From positions 761 to 64,760 of the forward strand of contig JAKUUM010000006.1 of assembly GCA_022447065.1 (NCBI GenBank): DNA of 64,000 bases, in the 5' to 3' direction. Positions 17,734 to 30,218 of this stretch are shown in pieces. Position 1 is the first letter of the stretch. Each line of letters opens with the position of its first letter. A program made the position numbers and the translations under genes. The stretch is from SAR86 cluster bacterium (lineage in GTDB: Bacteria; Pseudomonadota; Gammaproteobacteria; Magnimaribacterales; Magnimaribacteraceae). The notes beneath the pieces were generated by a model that was given only the letters and a program-made list of their open reading frames with translations, ran no database searches and had not been told where the DNA came from.

Positions 17734-20217
17734 ATGAGACTCAAAACAGTAAAACTTGCTGGCTTCAAATCTTTTGTTGATCCTACTTCAATCTCATTTC
17801 CTTTTGAATTAACTGCAATAGTTGGACCCAATGGTTGTGGAAAGTCAAACATAATTGATGCCGTTAGGTGGGTATTGGGTGAAAGTTCTGCTAAAAGCTT
17901 AAGAAGCAAATTAATGTCGGAAGTTGTTTTTAATGGTTCCGCTACAAGAAAGCCTGTTTCTAGAGCCTCAGTAGAGCTCTTCTTTGATAATAAGGATGGA
18001 AGAATTGGGGGAGAATTTGCTGACTATAGTGAGATTTCTGTCCGCAGAACCCTAGACCTTGGTGGACATTCGAATTATTACCTCAATGGAACTAATTGTA
18101 GAAAAAGAGATATAACAGATCTTACCTTAGGAACAGGATTAGGTCCTAGAAGTTACGCGATAATCGAACAGGATATGATTTCGACTTTAGTCAGCTCCAA
18201 GCCAGAAGAGATGAGAGGATACATTGAAGAAGTAGCTGGTATATCGAGATATCTCGAAAGACGTAAGGAATCTGAGTCACGAATTAAAAGAACAAAAGAG
18301 AATCTAAGCAGGTTAGAGGATCTCAGACAGGAAATAGGAAGGCTCTTGTTCAAATTAAAGCAGCAGGCAAAGGCAGCAGAAAGATATGCTAATTTAAGAA
18401 AGGAAGAAAACCACTCCAAAGGCCTTTTGTGGTCTTCTCAGTGGCAGCTAAAAGCAGATGAAGTTGCCAAAAAAGATAAAAAAGTTAGGTTGCAAAAGAT
18501 TGAACTTGAAGAAATAAATTCCCTAAAAACTTCTTCGGACTCGGAGATAGATAAATTAAGAACTCAGCAAATGGAAATGCAGTCTGATATGGATAAGATT
18601 CAACAAGAATTTTACAGTTTAGGTGCCGATATTTCACGTTTGGAACAAGAAATAAAGGCACATAAAAACAATGCGTCGGAGATTACAAAAAACATAGATA
18701 ACAACAACTTAACTTTAGTTATTAAAAATAATGAACTGGAAAAATTATCGAAAGAGAAAGAAGAACTGAAAGCGTCCATTGCGGTAATAAGTTCTGAATT
18801 AGAGAAATTGAGAAAAAAACAATTAACCGATGTTAATTCAGACTCTCAAGTAGAAAGCCTTGAAGAAGAGTGGGGCGATTTTTCTAATAAACTTACTAAT
18901 CTCTCAAATAAACTTAAAGAAGTGGAAAAGAAGCTTTTATTTCAGGTAGCTAGCGGAAGAATTACAGAACAAGGCATACTCTCTGATTCGGGTTTAAAGC
19001 AAGTTGAAGCTTCCCTAAATACCCTTGCTAAGATTCCTCTAGTGTTATTTGAAAGGATAAAATTACTATTTAAAGGATCTAAGAAGGAAGAAAGGGAAGA
19101 TAGATTGGAACTTTTAGATAAGACTGGGAAATACGCTGACTTTCAAGCTAAGCTTGCAACGAATATTTCCTTAGCAAATCACCTAAAAGCTGAAATAGTA
19201 GCTTTGGAGTTGGAAATCAATTCTTTAGAAAGCCAGATTACTTCGAACAAAGAACCTTCAAAAAAGATGGAAGAGTCTTTGGGCCTATTACTTCAATCTA
19301 GGCTAACAGCTGAAGAGAACATGGCTTTAGTAAGAAAATCTATAGATGATGCTTCAGATAGAATTAGAAATATAGAAAAAGAAAGATTAGAAAAGGAACA
19401 GAAATCTATAACTTCCAGAGAAGCGCTAGAAACTTTTCGCTTAGAACACCAAGCTTCGATGATGGAAGCTGAGAATATTGAAAAACAGATTGAACAAAAT
19501 GGTTTAAATATTAATGAACTGTTGCCAGAGTTAGACGAGGAAAAGTCTATTGATTATTATCAGAGTGAACTGGAAAAACTCGAAACGAAGATTTCTAGAT
19601 TGGGTGCAATAAATTTAGCAGCCATGGAAGAATACTCCCAAGAAGAAAAAAGAAAAGAGTATCTAGATAAACAACATGAAGAACTTACGAGGGCTTTAGA
19701 GACTCTCCAAAAAGCAATTAAAAAAATAGATAAGGAAACGAGAACAACCTTTAAAGACACTTTTGACAATCTAAATAAGAATTTAGGGAAATCTTTTCCA
19801 AAATTATTTGGTGGTGGACACGCAGAATTAATCCTATTAGACGATGATTTGCTTACAGCTGGGGTAGGCATCTCTGCTAAACCGCCTGGGAAAAGAAACA
19901 CAAGTGTTTCTCAATTATCAGGAGGGGAAAAAGCCCTCACAGCAATTGCCTTGGTCTTTGCTTTCTTTGAACTAAATCCAGCTCCTTTTTGCTTGTTAGA
20001 TGAGGTAGATGCTCCGTTAGATGATCTTAATACCATGCGGTTTATTAGCTTAGTTGAAGATATGTCTGACAAAGTTCAATTTGTGTATATAACTCATAAT
20101 AAAATCTCGATGGAGAAAAGTAAGCATCTTATGGGTGTAACAATGCAAGAGCCAGGAGTTTCCAGAATGGTTTCTGTAGATGTAGATGAAGCTATTAAAC
20201 TAGCTGCAAGTGCATAA
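17734..20217 (+). CDS. smc: Chromosome segregation protein SMC, unusually short (827 aa) and apparently hinge-less
   Basis: N-terminal head FKSF...GPNGCGKSNIIDA and C-terminal head LSGGEKALTAIALVFA...LLDEVDAPLDD. Long heptad-rich arms. Sits in the smc-zipA-ligA order. Confidence 0.8.
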   Translation: MRLKTVKLAGFKSFVDPTSISFPFELTAIVGPNGCGKSNIIDAVRWVLGESSAKSLRSKLMSEVVFNGSATRKPVSRASVELFFDNKDGRIGGEFADYSEISVRRTLDLGGHSNYYLNGTNCRKRDITDLTLGTGLGPRSYAIIEQDMISTLVSSKPEEMRGYIEEVAGISRYLERRKESESRIKRTKENLSRLEDLRQEIGRLLFKLKQQAKAAERYANLRKEENHSKGLLWSSQWQLKADEVAKKDKKVRLQKIELEEINSLKTSSDSEIDKLRTQQMEMQSDMDKIQQEFYSLGADISRLEQEIKAHKNNASEITKNIDNNNLTLVIKNNELEKLSKEKEELKASIAVISSELEKLRKKQLTDVNSDSQVESLEEEWGDFSNKLTNLSNKLKEVEKKLLFQVASGRITEQGILSDSGLKQVEASLNTLAKIPLVLFERIKLLFKGSKKEEREDRLELLDKTGKYADFQAKLATNISLANHLKAEIVALELEINSLESQITSNKEPSKKMEESLGLLLQSRLTAEENMALVRKSIDDASDRIRNIEKERLEKEQKSITSREALETFRLEHQASMMEAENIEKQIEQNGLNINELLPELDEEKSIDYYQSELEKLETKISRLGAINLAAMEEYSQEEKRKEYLDKQHEELTRALETLQKAIKKIDKETRTTFKDTFDNLNKNLGKSFPKLFGGGHAELILLDDDLLTAGVGISAKPPGKRNTSVSQLSGGEKALTAIALVFAFFELNPAPFCLLDEVDAPLDDLNTMRFISLVEDMSDKVQFVYITHNKISMEKSKHLMGVTMQEPGVSRMVSVDVDEAIKLAASA

Positions 20218-20222
20218 CCTGT

Positions 20223-22915
<2,693 letters not shown>

Positions 22916-22920
22916 TTAGC

Positions 22921-23526
22921 ATGAAGGCTAAATTCAGTTTCTTCTTGTCTCTGTTTTTAATTACTGCCTGCGCTTCTTCGGGTCCCCCTTCTACATCAAA
23001 CGATGTTTGTAAAATTTTTAAGGAAAAGAGATCTTGGTATAAAGCAGCTAAAAGAACCGAAGATAGATGGGACATACCAGTCTCAGTGACTATGGCAATA
23101 GTTAAACAAGAATCTAGTTTTATAGCTGCTGCTAAACCTGGTAGAACTAAACTTTTAGGTTTTATCCCTTGGAAAAGGGAAAGTTCTGCTAAAGGTTTTG
23201 CTCAAGCTATAGACGGCACATGGGAGTTATACCTAAAAGACCGAGGTGGTTGGTTTAAATCTAGAAATGATTTTGACGATGCCGTTGATTTTATAGGTTG
23301 GTACAACTCTAAGACTGTTAATCAGCTTAAGATTGAAAAGCACAATGCAAGGGGCTTGTATCTTGCTTACCACGAAGGTAGGGGAGGTTATAAAAAAGGT
23401 AGCTACAGAACTAAACCTTGGTTGCTTGGTGTTGCTGACAAGGTACAGAGACAGTCTGACAGGTACCGCCTTCAATACGAGAAGTGCAAGAAAAAGCTGG
23501 GTAGAAGGTTTTTTAGGTTATTCTGA
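22921..23526 (+). CDS. Lipoprotein with SLT-like lytic transglycosylase domain (putative)
   Basis: 201 aa with a lipobox-like FLITAC signal. AIVKQESSF (catalytic Glu-Ser motif) and GFAQAIDGTW resemble SLT domains. Confidence 0.5.
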   Translation: MKAKFSFFLSLFLITACASSGPPSTSNDVCKIFKEKRSWYKAAKRTEDRWDIPVSVTMAIVKQESSFIAAAKPGRTKLLGFIPWKRESSAKGFAQAIDGTWELYLKDRGGWFKSRNDFDDAVDFIGWYNSKTVNQLKIEKHNARGLYLAYHEGRGGYKKGSYRTKPWLLGVADKVQRQSDRYRLQYEKCKKKLGRRFFRLF

Positions 23527-23563
23527 AAATTCCTTTTATTAGGGTTAAAATAAAGACTTTATT

Positions 23564-24085
23564 ATGAAAAGCATACTGTTACCTCTGGTATTACTATTTA
23601 TTGCAATAGGTTGTACAACGACGTTAAAAATAGATACCGATGCAGATAACACTTATAGACTTTCTTCTTATAAAAGTTTTACAGTAGAGACTCCTGATTT
23701 AAAGGAGCATCCTTCACAAATAAGCATTAACCCTATCCTCTTACAAAGGGTGTTTCGCTCAATAGAACAAAATCTTATTAACAGAGGGCTTCAAAAATCC
23801 TCTGAACCTGACATGGTTGTTAGATTTTTTATTGCTACACAGAGGGAAGTAGAGCGAAGCAGAAGTTACGGTTCATGGTATCGAAGAGGATATCTCGATG
23901 ACTTGGATCAAAGATTTTATAGAGTAGACAACGACGCCCTCACAATTAGATTCCATGATGCTAAAACCGATGACGTAATTTGGTATGCTTTTTCTAGATT
24001 TAAAAGATCCCAAAGCCCTAAAGCCCAAGAAGAAGTGGACTCTCTCATAGATGAAGCAATTTCTAGATTTAACTCTTTCCCTTAA
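23564..24085 (+). CDS. DUF4136-like lipoprotein
   Basis: 173 aa with lipobox FIAIGC. LTIRFHDAKTDDVIWYAF resembles the DUF4136 core. Function unknown. Confidence 0.45.
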   Translation: MKSILLPLVLLFIAIGCTTTLKIDTDADNTYRLSSYKSFTVETPDLKEHPSQISINPILLQRVFRSIEQNLINRGLQKSSEPDMVVRFFIATQREVERSRSYGSWYRRGYLDDLDQRFYRVDNDALTIRFHDAKTDDVIWYAFSRFKRSQSPKAQEEVDSLIDEAISRFNSFP

Positions 24086-25841
24086 ACCTTTCAGGATCTA
24101 AAGCTTCGCTAATTTTTTTCCCAAAAATAGGAGGGGAACCACTCATTAGATCGCAGACAAATTGTGCACCTATGGGCGCACTACTTGAACCCCTAGAGCC
24201 ATGCCCGATGTTAACGTATATATTATGTTTGGTTTTGCCTACAAGAGGAAGATGATCTTGAGTAGTAGCTCTATAACCATACTTTGCACCTTCAATTATT
24301 ACTTTTCTGTTTGTTATAAGCTTTAATTTCTCTAGATTTTCTTGATTTTCTTCTAAAGTAATATCTTTAATATTCTTATCATTATAAGTTGAGCCAATAA
24401 TTTTTAATTCTTCTGGAGCCGGTGAAATATAACCTTTAGCAAATATAGGAACTTTTAGGTTCTTAACTGATGTATTGTTTTGTAAATAAGTTACCTGGCC
24501 TCTTTTTTTAGAAATTCCCTTAAGATCTATTAGGCTACCATGCTCGTAGGAAGAGCATAAGCAAACCTGATCAAAATCGTATTCATGATTATTTGAAATA
24601 ACTTTAAATTTTGATGTTTTCTTAATATTAATCACTTCTTCACCTATGAATCTGATATTTGAGTTTTGAATCATTAAATCACAAGCCCCTTTTGGATCTA
24701 ACCAACCCGCTTCAGGGAAGAATAAACCTCCTTTTGTTAGCTTTATTCCTGCAATGCTACTGGCTTCCTCAGGAGAGACAGATTTAAATAACTTTGAGTC
24801 ATTTCGAGCTGCTAAGAGTTGTTGGAATCTCTTTTTGGTTTCCTTACTAAATTCTAGAAACAACGCTCCAGTCTTATTCCAATGTGGGCTTCCTATCTCA
24901 TCATAAAATCTGATTGAGTATAAATATGAATGTAAACAAAAGGACGAGTAAGGAGTATCAAAAGCAGATAATCTGGGATATAAAATCAGGGCCTTATTAC
25001 CAGAACCTCCGCTAACAATTTTCTTGTTCTTTTCAAACAAGGTAACTTCATAGCCTCTAGAACTTAGGATTTTAGCTGATGTACATCCTGCAATACCTGC
25101 ACCTACTATGGCGATCTTTTTTTTAAAGTCACTTTTTCTTTTTGTAAGCGTAGATTTAAATTCTGCCCTTAACATGTGGCGTTTGTTCCCAAACCCTTTG
25201 ATGATCTCTATTTTGAAATCGTTTTCTATCAGCCTTTCTTTAATTATCTTTGCTGCTGAGAAAGTGCTGTAAGTTGATCCCTTATGACTTAAGTTAGCTA
25301 ATGATTTAAATACCTGTGAAGACCACATTTTTAAATTTCTATCAGGAGAAAAACCATCATGATAACAAGCATCCAAATTGAAAATTCCCGGCTCTAGATC
25401 TTGTAAGCACTGACACACTTCTCCAAAATAGATGGTCAGACTCACCCTTTCTTTTAAAAATTCAATTCTTTGACATCCCTGACAGTTAAGAGGGAAAGTA
25501 TCCATCATCTTGTTTGAGAACAATTCTAATTCAGAATACTTCTCATGTATTTTTTGAAAATCTGCTAAAGATAGCGGGTTGTTTTCTATTGATAAATAAT
25601 TGAGCCAATTATGTGATTTAGGGTTCTTACTCCATTCCTTTAAGGTAGTCAAAAAATTAATTCCTGCACCAAATCCTAATTCTACAATGTTAAAGACCTC
25701 ATTTTTTTTAAGTCCTTCCCATCTTGATGGAAGATTATTACCTTGGATGTAGACGAAATTAGCTTCTTCTATGGCCTGATTTTTTGAGAAATATAGATCT
25801 TTGTAAGTGCTTGAGAATGGTTCATCCGATATCCATTCCAC
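24069..25841 (-). CDS. mnmC: Bifunctional tRNA 5-methylaminomethyl-2-thiouridine biosynthesis protein MnmC
   Basis: 590 aa. The N-terminal half is methyltransferase-like (ELGFGAGINF). The C-terminal half is an FAD oxidoreductase with IAIVGAGIAGCTSA. Confidence 0.8.
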   Translation of the reverse strand: MEWISDEPFSSTYKDLYFSKNQAIEEANFVYIQGNNLPSRWEGLKKNEVFNIVELGFGAGINFLTTLKEWSKNPKSHNWLNYLSIENNPLSLADFQKIHEKYSELELFSNKMMDTFPLNCQGCQRIEFLKERVSLTIYFGEVCQCLQDLEPGIFNLDACYHDGFSPDRNLKMWSSQVFKSLANLSHKGSTYSTFSAAKIIKERLIENDFKIEIIKGFGNKRHMLRAEFKSTLTKRKSDFKKKIAIVGAGIAGCTSAKILSSRGYEVTLFEKNKKIVSGGSGNKALILYPRLSAFDTPYSSFCLHSYLYSIRFYDEIGSPHWNKTGALFLEFSKETKKRFQQLLAARNDSKLFKSVSPEEASSIAGIKLTKGGLFFPEAGWLDPKGACDLMIQNSNIRFIGEEVINIKKTSKFKVISNNHEYDFDQVCLCSSYEHGSLIDLKGISKKRGQVTYLQNNTSVKNLKVPIFAKGYISPAPEELKIIGSTYNDKNIKDITLEENQENLEKLKLITNRKVIIEGAKYGYRATTQDHLPLVGKTKHNIYVNIGHGSRGSSSAPIGAQFVCDLMSGSPPIFGKKISEALDPERFKGKS

Positions 25842-25893
25842 TTCAGCTTCCTTTATGAATAAAGGAGAATCTTTTTGCGGATTTTGGGAGCCG

Positions 25894-27126
25894 CTATTTA
25901 TTGCTTGAAGGAATTTCGTTAAAAGGTATTCCTTTGTCAGCCCTCATATCTTGAGGAAGCCCCAGTACTCGCTCAGAAATGATATTTCTAAGAATCTCAT
26001 CAGTTCCTCCAGCAATTCTAATACCAGCAGCTCCAAAGAAACCCGCATGATACATGGTTTGTTCAGCCTCAGAAGAATCTGGTCTAAGTATTCCAGCTGC
26101 ATCCATCATATCCATGCCAAAATTTGCTATTTCCTGTAATTTATTACCACTGACAATCTTGGTTATTGAAGCCTCTGGACCAGGAGTCTCTCCCCTGGAA
26201 AGTGCAGATATGTTTCTGTATTTGGTATATTTCAATCCACTTGATTGGCAATACCAGTCAGCTAGTTTATCTCTTACATATCCATCTTTAATTGCTAATT
26301 CTCCATTTAAGTCATGTTCACATGCCAGATTGAATGCTTCTTGGAAGTCAGGACCAGAAGCATCACCTACAGCTAACCTTTCATTCATTAGCGTAGTTAG
26401 TGCTACTTTCCATCCATCACCCACTGCACCTAGTCTCTGTTCATCAGGTATCTTCACATCAGTGAAATAGACTTCATTAAAGTTGGCTCCTCCTGAGATC
26501 TGTTTAATTGGTCGGCATTCAACACCTGGACTTTTCATATCTATAAAAAAGTAGGTAAGACCTTTATGCTTTTGAGCAGAGGGATCACTTCTAGTTACCA
26601 GAATCCCATAATCGCAGTAATGTGCACCAGAAGTCCATATTTTTTGACCGTTAATAATCCAAGTATCTCCTTCAAGGACTGCTTTAGTTTTTAGTCCTGC
26701 TAAATCAGAACCAGCACCTGGTTCACTAAATAGTTGACACCAAACTTCTTCTCCTTTGGCCATAGGAGGAAGGTATCTCTTTTTTTGCTCCTCAGTCGCA
26801 TACATCATAAGCACAGGGCCCGCCATTCCTTGACCTATTTCAAAAAATCCACCAGGAATCCTATATTTTGATGCCTCTTGACCCCAGATCACCCTCTCTA
26901 TAGGAGTAGAACCTCGTCCTCCATATTCTTGCGGCCAGTGTAAGCAAGCCCAGCCACTGTCATATAACTTGGCAGCCCATTTTTTCGCAACAGTTAAAGC
27001 ATCTTCTTCACCCCTACCTGGATACCCACTGTCTGCAGAGCTATCTTTAAGAGTTGCATTAGCACTAAGCCAATCGTTTACTTCTTTTCTAAATGTTACT
27101 TCTTCAGGTGTATCGTTAAAGTCCAT
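25894..27126 (-). CDS. Acyl-CoA dehydrogenase family protein
   Basis: 410 aa with ACAD N, middle and C domain order. QLFSEPGAGSDL and a C-terminal IAGGTDEILRNIISE. Confidence 0.85.
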   Translation of the reverse strand: MDFNDTPEEVTFRKEVNDWLSANATLKDSSADSGYPGRGEEDALTVAKKWAAKLYDSGWACLHWPQEYGGRGSTPIERVIWGQEASKYRIPGGFFEIGQGMAGPVLMMYATEEQKKRYLPPMAKGEEVWCQLFSEPGAGSDLAGLKTKAVLEGDTWIINGQKIWTSGAHYCDYGILVTRSDPSAQKHKGLTYFFIDMKSPGVECRPIKQISGGANFNEVYFTDVKIPDEQRLGAVGDGWKVALTTLMNERLAVGDASGPDFQEAFNLACEHDLNGELAIKDGYVRDKLADWYCQSSGLKYTKYRNISALSRGETPGPEASITKIVSGNKLQEIANFGMDMMDAAGILRPDSSEAEQTMYHAGFFGAAGIRIAGGTDEILRNIISERVLGLPQDMRADKGIPFNEIPSSNK

Positions 27127-27134
27127 CGTTTCTC

Positions 27135-28271
27135 CTATATTTGATTAGCTCTCTCAAGAGAACTGATTAGTTTGTTTTTCCAGATTGCTTGACTCCCAAT
27201 ATTAGCAGCTAATTGTCTACATCTCCTGTAATAGAGATGGCAATCAAATTCCCAAGTAAATCCCATTCCACCGTGAGTTTGAATATTTTCTTTAGAACAT
27301 TCATTAAAGGCTTGACTCGCACTTACTCTGGCAGTGGCCGCTGCAGTAGAAAGCTCAGGAGCATTTGTACTTAGGGCCCAGGCACCAAAATAACAATTTG
27401 ACCTTGCAAGCTCTACGGCAATATACATATCTGCTATCTTATGCTTTATGGCTTGAAAAGAGGCTATAGGTCTTCCAAAAGCGAATCTTCCCATGGCATA
27501 TTCTTTTGCCATGTTCATGCAAGCTTCAGCTCCTCCTAGTTGTTCAAAAGCAAACAGAACTGCCGCTCTGTCCAGCACTTCCTGCAAGGCAGTCCATCCA
27601 TCTACTTTAGAGTCTAAGACTTCCACTTTTGCATTCTTAAAAACAATGGATGCATGCGATCTTGAAGGATCCAAAGTGTTTTCACTCTTAATTTCAGCAC
27701 CTTCTGCAGCCAGGTCTGCCAGGCAGAGAACGATTTTATTGCCATCCTTAGCAGAAACGACGGCAAAATTAGCTATGTCACCATCTGGGACTACTATTTT
27801 TGATCCATTAAGTAGATCTTTTTTGAGTTCGCAAGCTAGATTTTCTTGTGTGGGTGCAGTTGTAGTTTCTGTATGCGCTAGGGTACCTACTATTTCTCCC
27901 GCAGCTAATTTAGGTAAATAATTTTGTTTCTGCTCTTTTGTACCATGGTTAAGTATAGCTTCTGTGGCTAAGTAAATACTTGAAGAAAAGGGCGTGGGAG
28001 CTAAACTCCTTCCGAGTTCCTCAGCAATAACACACAACTCTAAGTAGCCCAGACCTAGACCGTCAAATTCCTCAGGAATGGTCGTGGCAGTCCAACCCAT
28101 TTCAATAACTGACTTCCAGAGAGTTTCGTCATAAGAATGATCTCCTTCTAAAACTTCTCTTGCTTTTTTGATTGATTCTTGCCCTTCTAAAAATTTTCGA
28201 GCTTGATCCCTTAGTAGCATCTGATCCGATGAAAATTCAAAATTCATTAACTCTCCTTTTTCAAACGTCAA
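27135..28271 (-). CDS. Acyl-CoA dehydrogenase family protein (possible partner subunit of 25894-27126)
   Basis: 378 aa with an ACAD fold (QTHGGMGFTWEFDCHLYYRR). It ends 8 nt upstream of the next ACAD gene. Confidence 0.8.
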   Translation of the reverse strand: MTFEKGELMNFEFSSDQMLLRDQARKFLEGQESIKKAREVLEGDHSYDETLWKSVIEMGWTATTIPEEFDGLGLGYLELCVIAEELGRSLAPTPFSSSIYLATEAILNHGTKEQKQNYLPKLAAGEIVGTLAHTETTTAPTQENLACELKKDLLNGSKIVVPDGDIANFAVVSAKDGNKIVLCLADLAAEGAEIKSENTLDPSRSHASIVFKNAKVEVLDSKVDGWTALQEVLDRAAVLFAFEQLGGAEACMNMAKEYAMGRFAFGRPIASFQAIKHKIADMYIAVELARSNCYFGAWALSTNAPELSTAAATARVSASQAFNECSKENIQTHGGMGFTWEFDCHLYYRRCRQLAANIGSQAIWKNKLISSLERANQI

Positions 28272-28367
28272 AAGTTTAAGTATTAAAAACCTATTAGTAT
28301 ATTGTAGCCACGAACAAATATAATGAAAGACTAAAAGCTAACTTTAAAACTATATTAAAACTTTATC

Positions 28368-29024
28368 TTGAATTCACCTGATATCAAACCGGTAAGGTCG
28401 GAAACCTTAGCCAATAAGAAAAACAGAAATATAGGTGGTAGCAGCCTATTGTTTGTTTCCCTATTAGGTTTATTAAACTTAGCTGGATTGGTAATTTTGG
28501 GACTGTGGTTTTTTAATACTTCGGGTTATCAACAGGAGACTGGACAGAGCTTTGTACAAAGGATCAGCTTCATCGAGGAGCAAATTAGTTCAATGAAGGA
28601 TTCCAATCAAGATTCTATAAGTTCATTAGAAGAACAAACGAGGTTTCTTAATAAAGAAGTTAGAAAGCTTTGGGATTTAAGTAATAAGAGGAATAGAAAG
28701 AGCATTGATTCTCTTACCAATCAACTGACAGAAATAAAAATAACTTCGGAGGAGATATCAAAAGCCAATAAATCACTGGCGGCCAAACAAAGGGCAAGTG
28801 GTTTAGAAATAGCTAAATTAGAGAAAATTCAAACAGATCTAAAACAAGAATTCTCAAACTTGGATTCCCTTACAGACAAGTCAGATATTGAAAAAAAGAT
28901 TGAATCTCAAGAAGAAGCAATTGTTGCTTTTGATGCTTATAGAAAGCAAGTGAATAGAGCTTTATTAGATCTTGAGGTGAGAATAGATGAGCTCCAGTTA
29001 AACATTGAGGGGGAGAATAAATGA
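28368..29024 (+). CDS. Membrane-anchored coiled-coil protein, function unknown
   Basis: 218 aa, TTG start. One TM (LLFVSLLGLLNLAGLVILGLWFF) followed by a long heptad-like, charged region. No family recognised. Confidence 0.4.
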   Translation: MNSPDIKPVRSETLANKKNRNIGGSSLLFVSLLGLLNLAGLVILGLWFFNTSGYQQETGQSFVQRISFIEEQISSMKDSNQDSISSLEEQTRFLNKEVRKLWDLSNKRNRKSIDSLTNQLTEIKITSEEISKANKSLAAKQRASGLEIAKLEKIQTDLKQEFSNLDSLTDKSDIEKKIESQEEAIVAFDAYRKQVNRALLDLEVRIDELQLNIEGENK

Positions 29025-29101
29025 GCTTCAGTCAAAAAATGAGGATTCTTTATGATCGTACAGGATTTTATTTTTTTAAGGCTTATAATGCTTTTCGCTT
29101 T

Positions 29102-29186
29102 GCGGATGTGGTGGAATTGGTAGACACGCCAGATTTAGGATCTGGTGCCGAAAGGCGTGGGGGTTCAAGTCCCTCCATCCGTACCA
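29102..29186 (+). tRNA. tRNA-Leu (anticodon TAG)
   Basis: GCGGATGTGGTGGAATTGGTAGACACGCCAGATTTAGGATCTGGTGCCGAAAGGCGTGGGGGTTCAAGTCCCTCCATCCGTACCA. Has the long variable arm, anticodon loop TTTAGGA and encoded CCA. Confidence 0.9.
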
Positions 29187-29192
29187 AAGTTC

Positions 29193-30104
29193 TTACTTTT
29201 TCTTACGCTGAATCCTTCCATAGGTAGTAAAAATAAGATCTCGCATCCACTTATTAGCAGGATCTTGATCTTTGTTCCCATGCCAATAGAGGTGTAATAC
29301 CAAAGGATCAATATCAAATGGAAGTTTTAAGATTTTAAAATCCCTGCCACTGGTGAAACTTTTAATTGTTGTTATAGCCAAATCAGATTGATCCATAACA
29401 TAAGGTGCAACCAAGTAGTGTTGCGCTCTCAATGCTATTCTTCTTGTTAACCCTAACCTTTGTAAGGTCATGTCAACATGACCCAACCCAGAAGGTCTTT
29501 TTGATATGTGTAGATGAGAAAGATTCAAATATTCATCAAGAGAGATTTTTTTCCTTTTTGCCATAGGATGTTTTTTGTTAACCACCAAAACATAATGATC
29601 TTCATAGATCATCTCATGTTTCAAGCTGAGATCAGTATGTATAGGGGGATCTATAGCAAAATCTATATTACCTGCTGCAAGTTCTTTTGGGGTTTCACTT
29701 CTTGGTGTTAGGTAACTTTCAATGCCTACCTCTGGGGCTGACTTAGATATATTCTTTATTAACTCTGGAAGTAGCCTATATTCTGAAGTATCTCCGATGG
29801 AAATCCTAAAAGTTATTTGTGCAGTTTTTGGATTAAAGGACTCAGACTCGGAAATGGAGTTTCTGATGAGATCTAAGGCTTGACGAATGTCCTTAACCAT
29901 ATTCTGGGCTACTGGAGTTGGAAGCATTCCTTTAGATGTTCTTACAAATAGCTCATCATTGAAATTTTTCCTAAGTCTAGATAATGCGTTGCTAACTGCA
30001 GGTTGAGTAATTCCTAGCACTTCTCCTGCCTTGGTTAAATTTCTCTCTGTGTAGATAACATCAAAAACCACAAATAAGTTCAGATCTTTATCGCTCAAAT
30101 TCAT
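29193..30104 (-). CDS. LysR family transcriptional regulator
   Basis: 303 aa with N-terminal w[26 protein letters not shown]. Divergent from an acyl-CoA dehydrogenase gene. Confidence 0.85.
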   Translation of the reverse strand: MNLSDKDLNLFVVFDVIYTERNLTKAGEVLGITQPAVSNALSRLRKNFNDELFVRTSKGMLPTPVAQNMVKDIRQALDLIRNSISESESFNPKTAQITFRISIGDTSEYRLLPELIKNISKSAPEVGIESYLTPRSETPKELAAGNIDFAIDPPIHTDLSLKHEMIYEDHYVLVVNKKHPMAKRKKISLDEYLNLSHLHISKRPSGLGHVDMTLQRLGLTRRIALRAQHYLVAPYVMDQSDLAITTIKSFTSGRDFKILKLPFDIDPLVLHLYWHGNKDQDPANKWMRDLIFTTYGRIQRKKK

Positions 30105-30218
30105 TCTTTTGTATGGTTATTCCTTGGGTTAAACTCGAATCTAGTTAAAGGAAGTATTATCATTTTAACTTATAATGCTTCAAAAAAAGAATTTATACTA
30201 TTTATTAGGAGAAAAAAA

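Noticed and set aside
17694-17909. 71-aa minus-strand ORF overlapping the smc start
   Set aside because: It is antisense to the highly conserved SMC Walker A region. It is a shadow ORF.
26054-27921. Long antisense ORFs inside the two acyl-CoA dehydrogenase genes (26054-26470, 27493-27921). Similar shadow ORFs occur elsewhere (1332-1652, 3082-3375, 38290-38685, 49588-50223, 60646-60966).
   Set aside because: They mirror strongly supported genes on the opposite strand. They have Ser/Pro/Leu-rich shadow-frame composition, no motifs and no start signals.
29021-29227. 68-aa track ORF on the plus strand
   Set aside because: It is almost entirely occupied by a canonical tRNA-Leu(TAG) gene (29102-29186). 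Its translation (…VELVDTPDLGSGAERRGGSSPSIRT…) is simply the tRNA read as protein.
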